64,000 nucleotides of DNA from Mobula hypostoma. Taxonomy: Eukaryota. The translations under genes were made by a program, and so were the position numbers. The stretch lies in NCBI RefSeq assembly GCF_963921235.1, contig NC_086118.1, positions 28,522,001-28,586,000 of the forward strand, given 5' to 3'. Below are positions 24,348-35,600 of this stretch, one piece after another (positions within the stretch are counted from its first letter, which is position 1; the number at the start of each line of letters is the position of its first letter). The notes under the pieces are model-generated. The model was not told the DNA's origin and did not search any database. It saw only the letters and a program-made list of their open reading frames with translations.

Positions 24348-27281
24348 CTAATCCCTTAGACCAGGCTCCAACTCAGCAAACTTCATAGTGGCCAAAAACA
24401 CTGATGAATTGCGACCAATGTAACCTCTCATTTGGTTTTGTCCCGGACCACAACAACAAGGGTCGTCCCATTCCGACTCAATTTTCTCTCGCAAGGGCTT
24501 AGTAGGAGGGGGACGGGTATTGACCGCAGAGTTATTGCAAAACTTCCTGCAGTACCCCACCATCTCCAAAAGCCTTCTGAGGGCCCTCTTGTCTGTCGGG
24601 GTTGGGAGGTCAGCGATAGCCTGCACTGTAGCTTGCATCACTGCCAGCTGCCCCTGTGTCACCACAATTCCCAGGTAAGTGACATTCGTGTGGCCGAATT
24701 CATTTTTTCCAAGGTTCACTATCAAGCTGGCTTCAGACAGCCGTGTTAAATTGCCAATACACACCTCTGTGTTCATCAGCCCTTTAGTCACTGAATTACT
24801 CAAAAAATATGGGTGTTGTTTACTTGGCCGCCCTATTGTAACCACAATCACCCAACGTCCCAGTTCTTTGCATTTCCTCGGGACAATCAAACACATGGGT
24901 GCGAGTCGTTTAATTACTCCTTCGGGGATTAAGGGAGAGACCTTATCAGTAGACCTGGCCAAAACAATAGCCTTCTCCCATCTGACCGATCCCATCCTAA
25001 TCTTTTCAAAATGGTTTTTTTCTCTTAGCAGGGGGCCCCTAGCTTCATTGATTTCCATGCTAACACCGACTAGGTTTGTTAGCATATCAAAAGCCGGTGA
25101 CCGTCTCAGTTCGCGTCGGTCATGATCAATAACATTTTTCCCCCTGGGCAGCCGGTAACTCTCTTTCATGATTCCACCAACTGTTTCCTCCAGCACCGCA
25201 AAATGTCCACCGGGGGGTACCTCGTGGGCCATGTTAAAAACCTCATCCCCATAACTCTTTTGCACCACCCCCCACTCCTCATCTGCGGATGCTGTACTTG
25301 ATTTCCCTTTCTTCCTTAGCACTTCCTCATCCGCACAATAGCTTGTCAAGGCTGTGTCAGAGAGAGCGGTCTCGGCAAAAACCATCAGCCCCTCGTCTCG
25401 CTCCTGCGTCTGCACAAATTCTTTCCTGGCTACTGCTACGTCCGTCCCAGCTCCCTCACTACCTCTTATCTCACTACACCCTGTCTCATACAAGGTTGGC
25501 AGAAATGTTTCAGCCAAATTCACCATCGCGGGCGGGGCCTCCATGCTGGCAGGCTGACCCGTCAATCTCACGACTGGGAACACGATTCCTCCGGCGATGT
25601 CATTACCGAGCAAGACTTCCACGTCTTTCATCGGTAATTCGGACCTCACCCCAATCGTGACTAGTCCAGAGACCAGGTTGCTCTGTAAGTGTATCTGGTG
25701 CAAAGGGACTGACTCTGTCCCTTCCCCAACACCTTTGACCTCTACCTCCCCAGTCTGGGTCTCTGAGCTAAACTCTAATACACTCTTCAGTATTAGTGAC
25801 TGACACGCTCCCGTGTCTCTCCAGATCCGCACTGGAACTGGTTTTAACCTCTCCTTCACTGACACCAGTCCGGCCGAGATAAACCTCTCGCGCCCTTCCT
25901 GGACTTTTTCAGACCTGTCCTTCCCTAGCGGTTCGCTTAACAGCTCAATACAGCCATTCAAAATTTCCGCTTTTCCTTTCCCCGTCTCCTTCCTTGGGGC
26001 AAAGCACCTGGACGCAAAGTGTCCGACTTTCCCACAATTATAACAGACGACCCCAGGAGACTTCCTACCAGACTGCTCCCGGTCTACCTTATCCTTTTCA
26101 CTAGTCCCCGGCTTACTTTCTGACTTTTCCGGTGGACTCTCCCCGCCGTCCTGACTACCCTTCTGGTAGCCTTTACTCGGGGCAAACTTCATTTTATGCG
26201 TCAACGCATACTCATCCGCTAACTTAGCAGTTGCGGCTAACGTGGCTGCCTCTTTCTCATCGAGGTAGGGTCTCATACCCTCAGGGACACAACCTTTAAA
26301 CTGCTCAATCAGAATCAGCTGCAGCAGTCTGTCATAATCCCCCTCTACCCCTTTCGAGGCGCACCAACGCTCACAATATGTTTGCATCTCGCGAGCAAAC
26401 TCCAAATACGTGCGGTCCCACCGCTTCCTCGCATTCCGGAACCTCTGCCGGTATGCCTCCGGGACCAACTCATAAATCCTGAGGATGGCCTCCTTCACCA
26501 CCTCATACTTCTGGGCATCTTCCGCGGATAAAGCGGAGTAAGCTTGTTGGGCCTTCCCTTTCAGTACACTCTGAAGTAAAACAACCCACTTATCCCTCGG
26601 CCAGTCCTGACTTATAGCCACTTTTTCGAAGTGGAGGAAGTACCGATCCACATCGGTATCGTCAAATGGGGGAACCAGCCTAACCTCCTGGGTCGCCCGG
26701 AACCCTCCACCTTGGTTCGGCACGAGCCCCTGCTCGGCCCTTATCTTTAACTTCTCCAGCTCAAATTCCCTTTCCCTCTGTTTCTCCTCTCTCTCCAACT
26801 GTCTTTCTCTCTCTTGCCTTTCTACCTCTTTCTCTCTCTCCCGCTTTTCTAACTCTTTCTCTCTCTCCCGCCTTTCTAACTCTCTCTCTTTCTGCTGCCT
26901 TTCTAACTCTCTCTCTTTCTCCTGCCTTTCTAACTCTCTCTCTTTCTCCTGCCTTTCTAACTCTCTCTCCTGCCTTTCTAACTGCTTCTCTTCGTGTTCT
27001 AACTGCCGTACCCGGAACTCGTGCTCGAGTCTCAGTTTTTCAAGCTGTACCTGTACCGCGTCTCCAGCAGGTTTTTCAATAGACACCACCCCCAGCTCAC
27101 CTTGGGGAAACACACCTTTAGATACATAGTGCTCTACAATAGCTCTGTGTATCTCCTCTCTCCTCATTGTCGACTTCACCTTAGCAAGATTCACCCGTTT
27201 GGCCACAGCTATCAATTCCGATTTCCTGGCATCCTCTAATGCCTCCAAGGTCGGCGCCTTTATAAATTCCTCAACCTCCAT
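24348..27281 (-). CDS. Gag (E/R/K-rich coil, SCAN-like capsid C-terminal domain, CCHC knuckle) - aspartic protease - deleted pol mosaic, 977 aa
   Basis: Uninterrupted ORF, ATG context GAAATGG; YEVVKEAIL..YEL.PEAYRQRFR...EQF...LADEY; CYNCGKVGHFASRC (26004-26045); RDTGA (25806-25820); AHEVPPGGHF integrase HH half; RT thumb LRRLLEMVGYCRKF; YIDD position reads CIGN. Confidence 0.9.
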   Translation of the reverse strand: MEVEEFIKAPTLEALEDARKSELIAVAKRVNLAKVKSTMRREEIHRAIVEHYVSKGVFPQGELGVVSIEKPAGDAVQVQLEKLRLEHEFRVRQLEHEEKQLERQERELERQEKERELERQEKERELERQQKERELERREREKELEKREREKEVERQERERQLEREEKQREREFELEKLKIRAEQGLVPNQGGGFRATQEVRLVPPFDDTDVDRYFLHFEKVAISQDWPRDKWVVLLQSVLKGKAQQAYSALSAEDAQKYEVVKEAILRIYELVPEAYRQRFRNARKRWDRTYLEFAREMQTYCERWCASKGVEGDYDRLLQLILIEQFKGCVPEGMRPYLDEKEAATLAATAKLADEYALTHKMKFAPSKGYQKGSQDGGESPPEKSESKPGTSEKDKVDREQSGRKSPGVVCYNCGKVGHFASRCFAPRKETGKGKAEILNGCIELLSEPLGKDRSEKVQEGRERFISAGLVSVKERLKPVPVRIWRDTGACQSLILKSVLEFSSETQTGEVEVKGVGEGTESVPLHQIHLQSNLVSGLVTIGVRSELPMKDVEVLLGNDIAGGIVFPVVRLTGQPASMEAPPAMVNLAETFLPTLYETGCSEIRGSEGAGTDVAVARKEFVQTQERDEGLMVFAETALSDTALTSYCADEEVLRKKGKSSTASADEEWGVVQKSYGDEVFNMAHEVPPGGHFAVLEETVGGIMKESYRLPRGKNVIDHDRRELRRSPAFDMLTNLVGVSMEINEARGPLLREKNHFEKIRMGSVRWEKAIVLARSTDKVSPLIPEGVIKRLAPMCLIVPRKCKELGRWVIVVTIGRPSKQHPYFLSNSVTKGLMNTEVCIGNLTRLSEASLIVNLGKNEFGHTNVTYLGIVVTQGQLAVMQATVQAIADLPTPTDKRALRRLLEMVGYCRKFCNNSAVNTRPPPTKPLREKIESEWDDPCCCGPGQNQMRGYIGRNSSVFLATMKFAELEPGLRD
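26770..27010 (-). repeat. Coding tandem repeat, about 27-nt units (ERELERQEK)
   Basis: ctgcctttctaactctctctctttctc repeated in frame within gag. Confidence 0.9.
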
Positions 27282-27357
27282 TTCTGCTGTTTGTCTTTTC
27301 TTTCTTTCGGGAATTTTAACCCAATCAATTTACTCCGTCCCAAATTTAGCGTTCAAA

Positions 27358-27376
27358 ATCGCGGACGAGAACCCCA
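27358..27376 (-). promoter_or_regulatory. Primer binding site, tRNA-Pro-like, imperfect
   Basis: TGGGGTTCTCGTCCGCGAT after a 4-nt spacer from the 5' LTR; canonical tRNA-Pro PBS is TGGGGGCTCGTCCGGGAT. Confidence 0.8.
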
Positions 27377-27380
27377 CTTA

Positions 27381-28231
27381 TGTTACGTACCCCGTAACTG
27401 GGTTGCCAAACCAGCAGAAATGGATCACTCAGTTGGAGTCTGGAGTACTAGAACTAAGAAAGTTTTATTAAAGAAACAAGCAACACAGTAATCGAAAGGA
27501 TAATAAATGCAACAATTCAACAATGATAACCACACATGTGCACAGAATTAAGATAACAGCATCAATCAAGCTCTATCGTTGTCTAGGGGTAAATGACCAA
27601 TTTCAAAATGACTCAAAGTTCAGTCCAGTTTAGTAGTTCAGTTCGCAGTAATCGTTGCCATGGCGGTGGACAACGTGGGGGAAGAGAGAGATAGAATAGG
27701 AACAACTCATCATTCAGAACGGCTTCACTCACAGACCAGCAAGATGGCTCACAGACCAGCGGGATGGCTCACAGACAGCTTTTGGGCAGGTCCTTGGTGA
27801 TGTCACCTGAGGTCACCGACTGTGACCCCTCCTCCAGATGCGGTCGATCCTCTGCAGTGAACCCGGCACCCAGGCAAGGGCGGACACACACCAGGTTCCC
27901 GCTGATCGTACCTTTCCACCCACTCGTGAGAAGCGTACCGCTTCCAGGGTCTCGTTACCTCGGGTGGCGTGTGTCGTCTTAGCGAACCTGTCCCTTTTTA
28001 TCCCCCTGCTGGGGTATCGCCTGTCCATCACTTCAAACAGTTCAGGGTTCAAAGGGGGGAGCCGCTCCAGACAGCTCTTCCTCCCACATCCCCTCATTAC
28101 ACATCCCCAGACGCTGCTCCATTGTTCCTTATCTCTCCTTCCCCTGAGGGCAGGTGGCAGACCAACTGCTGATGCCACTGATGCTAGCCCAGGCCAGCAA
28201 ACATCTTAATTTTAGGTGTATTCTCGTAACA
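27381..28231 (-). repeat. 5' LTR (851 bp)
   Basis: TGTTACG...CGTAACA termini, adjacent PBS, internal 20-bp tandem CACAGACCAGC(AA/GG)GATGGCT. Confidence 0.97.
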
Positions 28232-31200
28232 ATATGCAGAATACAACTCTGAGATTCGTCTTCTCCAGATAGCAATAAAACATAGAAAGCCATAGTAGTT
28301 GAAAGAAAGACATCAATCCTCTCCCAAAGCAAAAAGAAAAGAAACCAAAACTCGCAAACCCCGAAACCCCACCCCTCCCTCGCACAAAAACTAACAGAAC
28401 ACCCACACGCAGAAACAACGAGAGCACCAAACCCCAAGCCTCTAGCCCGCCAATCACCAGCAAGAAAGAAAGGTCAAGAACATGAGAAAAAAAAGCACAG
28501 GAATTTAGAATGATACTGTCACAAGTAGCCAGGAAGGCAAATGGAATTCTGGTCTTTATTGTTAAAAGAATGAAGTATAAAAGTGAGGATGTATTTTTTA
28601 CATCTGTGTGAGGTGTTAGTGAGACCACAGTTGGAGTATTGCATGTAGTATTGGGCTCTTTATTTAAGGAAGTAATGTGTGAATTAAGTTTGAGAGGGTT
28701 CAAGGGTTGATTGTTGATAGGTTCTGTCTGTCCTCATCATTTCAAAGAATGAAAGGTAATGTTATTGAAACATTTCAATGTGGAAGGTCTTGACAGGATA
28801 AAAGCTGAGAAGATGTGGAATTACACACAAGATGAAATTGAAGAGGATTTTTTTTCTAGATGCAATGAGCTTTGGAATTTGCTATCTCAAAGTGCTGTGC
28901 ATTCTAAAGCATTGGATATATTTATTATCAGCAAATGGATATATGGTCAACAGAGACTGAGTGTAGGGATCCATTGATCAGTGGAGCAGGTAAAGGAGAG
29001 CTAAGGTCAAAAATATCTCTGACATAACCCTTGAAATGGCTGAACCTCCGGCTGCTAACAGAATTTATATTAAACCTTGGTTAGACCTTGCTTGGAGTAT
29101 AATGAGTAGTTGTCCCCATTGTATCAAGAGGAGAGTGAAGCACTGGAGCAGGTCAATACATGGATTTATAAATTAAATATCACTGCCACTAAACTCTTCA
29201 TTTCAATATATCCAGTGTTAATGTTTCCTGTTTCATAAAAAGGACACAAGTGAGCATATCATTTAAAAATATTTTTTATCATTCCATGTTGCAAGAAACC
29301 AACATTACAAACCTATGTAAAAGGGTGTTCCGACTCTGGAAGTTACCAATACTACATTTTCAAGTACATAATCTAAAGGAGTGGTGCATCGTTGTGCTCC
29401 TGTTTGGAGGGATTTGAAATCTGACGTGAGTCCACGTGCATGATGGTATTAGCATGTATGCAGTGTAAAGTTTAATTCCATTTTTGCACCACAATAAGAT
29501 ATTTTTAACTTCATTCCTTGGAGGCCAAGCAAAATAGGGGAGTGATTTTTTGGAGTAATAATTTTTTCCATTTTTCTTTGAGATCCAACTGTGAACTCTG
29601 GACTGAAGCCGTTCATTCAGCATTCTTAGCATTTCTGCGAAGTGGGAACCGTGTCACAGCAGTGCTAACAATGGCGTGTGAATACACCCTAAAATGTTTC
29701 AGCAATATTGAAGTCATTATTGCATTGTACATTGTAAGTGCCTGAACACCATTTAAGTTTAGATCTTTGATTTTCCCAGCTGTCACAACAGGCAATTGCC
29801 TTGGGTACAGCATGGGGCAATCTGCCTATTCCTTGAACTACACTTCCCTTTTGGTGAGTACGCTAAATAATATACTTTAATGCCATAGTCCATATTAGTA
29901 AACTTTAACAGTGACTTGTGACAAATGTAAAACATGTAAATTTTGTTTTTGTGGGTTGAAATGTGCGTCTTTCACTATTTCCACTCTAAGTATCAACAAT
30001 ACAGCCTGATCTGGATGAGTACCGCCAAAGTGTGGTGTTTTTGTTTCCCGGTTTTTGCTTCACTGCGTTTGGATTTGAGTTGCACGTTACTCTTCTGTGA
30101 CCCCAGCTGGTTAGCTGCTTCCTTTTTTTTGTTTTTGTCCCCTCTATATTTTCCTAAAATTATGAACTTTTCACCGTGCTTCGCCTCTTTCGAAGGTGAT
30201 AACGACATGTCGATTTCTATTGCATCTGTGTTCAAATACCTCATGTCAGCTGTATGCACATATGGGCAGCCAGTGCATTCGTGCATCTCTAGACAGGGGT
30301 TGATAAACCTTACATTATTATCTTTCTTCTTACAGATGTTGAAATCATACTTAATCATCCTTTCAACTCCACAACTGATCAGTTAACTTTACACAGGTAG
30401 ACCCTGCAGCCTCCCAGCTTTATACAATTATTGGGCATCATTTGCCTGGAGCATTAGACTGCTTGCAGGGACTAATGCTAATTCAGCTAGTGTTATTGTG
30501 TCCAACCAGCCACCTCTTCCCAGTCAACAACCCTGTTCTTCCAATTGGGTCAACCTCTGAATATTATTGGCTAAACCTGAACTGCTCATATGGAATAAAA
30601 GTATCGAAAAACAAAGCATGCATGGGAGGAAATGGCTGTTCTTCTGGGAGCCATGGGACAAAGAAAATTAGTCATTGTGACCTGACCTTCAGAACCTACT
30701 GACATCACAACTTGTGGGGTGAGGATTTAAATTTCCAGCTGAATATTCTGTATTTACAGGAAGGACTCTGCTGCATAAAATACAGAGCCACCACAGATGA
30801 TGTGGTATAACAGCCAATGAGACAAAGTTTGATAAGGTCTAGAAATAAACAAAGGAATTTGTTTGGCATCAATAGAATATTATTAAAGAACTCATTGATT
30901 CCAGTTCTGTTTTGCACATGTGATAATACTTAGTGAACAATTTTTCCATCTGGCTTTTTCCACTGATCAAAGACCTTTTCATATTTGATTTTTATTTAAG
31001 AATTTAAATGAAAAAATAAGTCACAAATGCATACAAAAACTAGATCTGTATTCTATATATTAGTTCCATTAGACCTTTTATATGACTCTGTTATGGATTT
31101 AATATGTTTTAATTGCATAAGGATTTTGTTAGACACAAAAAAATTCCTGGAAATGCCCTGTCAGTGCTGTGGGATGACCTTCACTTCACAAACTGCGGAT

Positions 31201-32382
31201 GGTAACTTGCTAACACCTGCACAAGGCCATTCAGGTTTTTGCAGGGTTTTTGTATCAATGATTCAGGTTTTTGGTCCAGCAAAGTGCTTCTGCTTTTAAA
31301 ACGTCATTACAATACATTTGGAAAGATGTGAGGCTGCTGGAGATTCACGTGTGGAAACTTGCTCTTCACTACTGGTGTAGTGCTGTGCCACTGGAGATCT
31401 TGTGTAAAGAGGATTTCTGTTCAAAGCATATTGTTCTTTGCACAAAAATTTAAACACATACAAGTACTTCAGAGGCTGAATTGATCAAGTCTATGCACAT
31501 GTGAATAAAGTCCAATTGACCAAAATCAAAATATTTTCCGTAATACATGAATTACAATAATGGTCAATCCCAATCAGTGCGTATCTGATCAAATTAAGGC
31601 CTACCAATGTACTAAATCATTTTCTGGAGTAGGATGTTCAAGTACAGCACATGTTTGCAAATTGCTGCACCAAACAAGTTGCATTCCCCAGTCCTCCATT
31701 AGCCCTCCTGTTGGCCTAACTCTTGCAATATCATCCCAACAATCATAATGCATTTTGAGATTGATTTTACAATTGAACATTTATGCAATTGTCTTGATTG
31801 CTGAATAAATTATTTGAAATAACCAGTGAAATAAAATTGCAGGTCATCCATGTTACTCATTGGTCAGTAGTCAAGATCAAAAGCATTGATCTGAGTCCAA
31901 CATTCCTTGTCAAACCTTGGAACAAGTTTACTTTGAGTCCAGCTGCCTAAACAAAGTGGGTCTTATGGGCAAGTGATGAAAACTAATCTTTAAACTTTTG
32001 CTGGCCTTCTCCGTCACTCGCTGATCAGCGTGAAATGGTATAGCCATCCATTGCAACCATCCTAACTATAGGATATTAAACTGAGGTGAACATTCTTGAA
32101 GTGTGTTATTGGGCCAATTCCTTCTCATTTGCCACATAAGGGCACTACTTTCAAGGAACGCCATGCACTCCTGGGATGATTTAAATTCCTTTGGCTCCCC
32201 CTCTGATTGTGTGCAACTCTTTTACAGGACAAGGAGCCTGCTGGACACAACTTCTTTTTGTTTGAGTTGCTGGTGCTGACTTGAACTCTGCTGGGAGCCC
32301 ATATAACAAACCGAAAAGATCCCAAACCTTGGAAATCAGAGTCAAGACATGAAGGCTTGCAATTGAGCATCCACCTACGTAA

Positions 32383-32523
32383 ACACGAGGAACTCTGCAG
32401 ATGCTGGAAATTCAAGCAACACACATCAAAGTTGCTGGTGAACGCAGCAGGCCAGCAGCACGTCCCTCTTCCTAGAGATGCTGCCTGGCCTGCTGCGTTC
32501 ACCAGCAACTTTGATATGTGTTG
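32383..32523. mobile_element. Penelope-type inverted (fold-back) mini-insertion with 14-bp TSD
   Basis: TSD ATCCACCTACGTAA at 32369-32382 and 32524-32537; near-perfect inverted arms 32417-32460 and 32479-32523. Confidence 0.85.
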
Positions 32524-32589
32524 ATCCACCTACGTAATGTGCCTTTAGGAGAGTATGCAACAAAATGGGGGGGGGGGGAGGTTTGGATC

Positions 32590-32668
32590 GATCTTAGAGT
32601 AGTTTAAAAGGTTAGTACAATTCGATGGACTGAAGGGCCTGCACTGTGCTGTATTGTTTTATGTTCTA
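32590..32668 (+). mobile_element. CR1/SINE 3' tail fragment
   Basis: gatggactgaagggcctgcactgtgctgtattgttttatgttcta. Confidence 0.6.
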
Positions 32669-35600
32669 AAACCATGCCAAGTATAAAGTTTTAATAGACT
32701 TGTCTGCGGGTGGCTTAGGAGTCAAAGGAATCTGATGCTAGTATGCTTACCAGTAGTCAGTTCAGATGTAATTTCAGTTGACTGGATTCAAGAGAAAGGA
32801 ATTTCAGGTTAGCAATAGTACTCTGTGGCCTGGCTTGTGGAAATCCGGTCCAAACAATGCATTTTAAGACTGAGTAATATTTTGCTTTTCAGTAAACATC
32901 AGTCTTTATTCTAAGCTCCCAACTCATTTTCCCATTCCATTTGAGCTTATTATGTCTTCATTCTTGGCTGGGTTTCAATGCATAGTTTCCTAAAGACATG
33001 TATGTACACGCACATGCTAACAGCTATATTTGCATACACACGTGTTCCATTTTTTTTTACTTGTCTCTGTTTTGCCAGTTAGGGTGATTTTTGGGTTTAG
33101 GACATATACATTTAGCAAATGACTTTGGCTATCAGTCTTCACATTTGAAAATGTATTGTGCATTTAATTTGGAGTGCAGCTCTGAGCAATGGGTCCTAAA
33201 AGCTGTGAATCCCAGTCCAGACAATGCTGATTAAAATGCATTTGGATGTCTGTGGTGTGGATGTGAATCAGGTGGTGTGAAGGTTGTATGTAGTTTCAAA
33301 GAAAGCATTGTCCATACATTGTAAATATGGAATTGTCCTTTGATGTTTGGCATAAAAAATATCAAGCCCCATGTTGGACCAGTAGACCTTTCCACCAAAA
33401 TCATCTCCATACGATGCCTGCTGTACCTTGTTTTGTCGAATAAAGAAGCTGTTTTGTATCTACTAGCATTTTTCTCCGGTGACTTTGTTCACATAACAAC
33501 AGCAGCATTCAATTGTTATTAATTTGGTTAATTAATTTGATTTTTCCTTTGTTAATTATTACTCAAAGCTGGTCTGTCTTTACAGACAAGTCTGTAAATC
33601 AGCTTGTGTTGTGTGAAAAGTACATCTGGGAATTCTGAATTGGAGAGAGACATTAAGGATGGTGGCAGTGACCTTTAGTATGTTGCTGACGATTGCACAG
33701 ATAGGGACATGCGGAACATGCTATTGTGCAAATGGCTGTATGCTGACTGTTTCCACGGATGCATTCATTGGTTGTTTACACGATTAACACCAGGGACTGT
33801 TTTGATTCAAATTTCAAGTGCGTGGAAGCAGTCAGAACTGTCTCAGGGAGCTTCCTGGTAGTGAATGTTCACTGACCGCAGTTCCTTGCTACAGGATCTG
33901 TACGCTTTAACCTCTTGCACGCTGGTCTTGTCGGCTGTCTGCTGAAGGTGCATGTTATGTTTCTGAGTTGGTAATTGTGGTCATGTTAGCCGCAGTGCTG
34001 CTTTACAAATGTGGCCTAGTTCCAGAGTGTGAGCGCTTTGACATTTTCTGTTGCTGAATTGAAAAAGGAGGTGTGAAGGCAGAGCTAAGAGAGATGTGGC
34101 TGCTGAAATCTGCTTCTCTGTGTTGTGTGCCAGAGTCGTGTGGTACTTAGTAAAAAAATAATGTTATGGGAAGAAAGCCAGTGCTGGAACCTCCAGCATT
34201 GCCACTTGATATTGCTTGAACTTCCCCCAGTTTTTTATACCCAAACTGTAGCATTTGAGCACAGGAGGGTGATCTCTGATCAGATAGATTTATGAATAAT
34301 GTGATATTTATTCTTCATCATTTAACAGCCTTGCTTAGGCAAATTGTTGGTCACTATGAAGTGATTTAGAAGTTGAAAAACACAGGGATGTGAAGATTGC
34401 AATAGAGTCTGCCAGGGGTTGCTGAAGTGGGCTGGTGGAATCTACCCCAACCTGTGGGCTGTGGAAAAGAATTGATGAGAATTTTGGAGCTATAGGTGAG
34501 GCAGTTGTGGGAGAAATGATTCTTGGCCTGATGAGCCATTGAACTGTTTCCAGCACCACACACATCTGGGAACAGATGCCTGAATGCACCCCTACTGGCA
34601 TACTTCATTCGAATATACGATGCTGATGGGAGGATTATCAACCCCGGAGGTGGGAAGATGCAACTCCTTCCTCCTGGTGGCTGCCTAGACTATCATCACC
34701 AATGCTGCCCCTCAAACATTGGAGATTTTCTTTTCAGTTCTTCAGAGTGTTTCCTTCAGTGAACAGTCACCAAGCACCTCCCTTCAGCAGACTTTAAGAA
34801 ATGCCCATTTCCTGCCTTTTCGAGCTGTTACTGAGTCAACAAGCAGCACAGAGAGCACTAAGTGTGCACTTGACTCATTTGCTGAAGTGCCAGCACCGTC
34901 TTCCTGTGGTCTGTGCAGCCATGTGAAAAGACACGTGTAGCAGCATCTTACACTTCTCGATAGCTGCTCTCAAGCTTGCCAACAAGTCTGTCTCATCAGT
35001 TAGGTAAGAGATTAAACATCTAGCACTTTTAATAATTGATTTCTTTGTGTTGTGCAGCATAGATAGTGCCAGGGAAAAGATAGGGAGTATAGCAAGTGCC
35101 CTTTTAATGAGGGATTGGTGCAGGAGACTCTTCAGCAGCAATAAAAATGACTGAAACGATGACAGGCACTGAAACTGATACTAGGCCAGCAGCAAACCAA
35201 TGAAAACTGTGTGGACTGAAAATGAGAATTTAATGACTGGAAGCTTTGAGGCTGTTTCAGAAAAATGTGAAATTTTAATGTACTGATAACTAAGGTGAAA
35301 AAGTTTTATTTTCTGACATTGATTGTTACTGGGCTGATCAAATGCATGCCCAACAAAATAAAGAACAATGTTTGAAATCAGCAAAGGCATCGTTACACAG
35401 ATCATTTAACAAAATGGCCTGCTTGACTTCACACGTTCAGAAATTGCCCCTCCTTCATTTCCTAAAGTCCTATTTTTCCATGCCAAATAACGGTCTATTT
35501 GACCAAACAATAGTTCGATAAATCACTGTGCAGGGCAGTCCCAGTCCGAGGGATTTCTTTTGAAAGAAAGCTGTGTAGTGTGATTGTTGACCCAAAGACT

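Larger units (their letters stand above)
23333..28231 (-). mobile_element. Gmr1-like Ty3/Gypsy LTR retrotransposon, non-autonomous, very recent insertion
   Basis: Two LTRs TGTTACG...CGTAACA, 4-bp TSD ATAT (23329-23332, 28232-28235), PBS, PPT and one 977-aa ORF with an integrase remnant before RT remnants. Confidence 0.95.
23299..28500 (-). mobile_element. 3'UTR/tail fragment of a Rex-type LINE (23299-23332 + 28232-28500), target of the LTR insertion
   Basis: ttcagtggttcattttattatcaaagaatATAT|gcagaatacaactctgagattcgtcttctcc reads through after removing the LTR element. Confidence 0.5.
22620..28995 (+). mobile_element. Old CR1 RT remnant (22620-23298, resuming 28510-28995), split by a LINE tail and the LTR element
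   Basis: GKSCL..., DF*KAIDKVPH, YINDLD, AKFTDDT on the left; RKANGILVFI..., VRPQLEYC on the right. Confidence 0.7.

Noticed and set aside
24348..27281. Domesticated SCAN/gag-derived host gene
   Set aside because: Flanked by near-identical LTRs, PBS, PPT and a TSD, so it is a recent mobile copy
29943..30386. 147-aa and 121-aa overlapping ORFs in unique DNA
   Set aside because: No recognisable domain, non-ATG starts and no convincing exon structure
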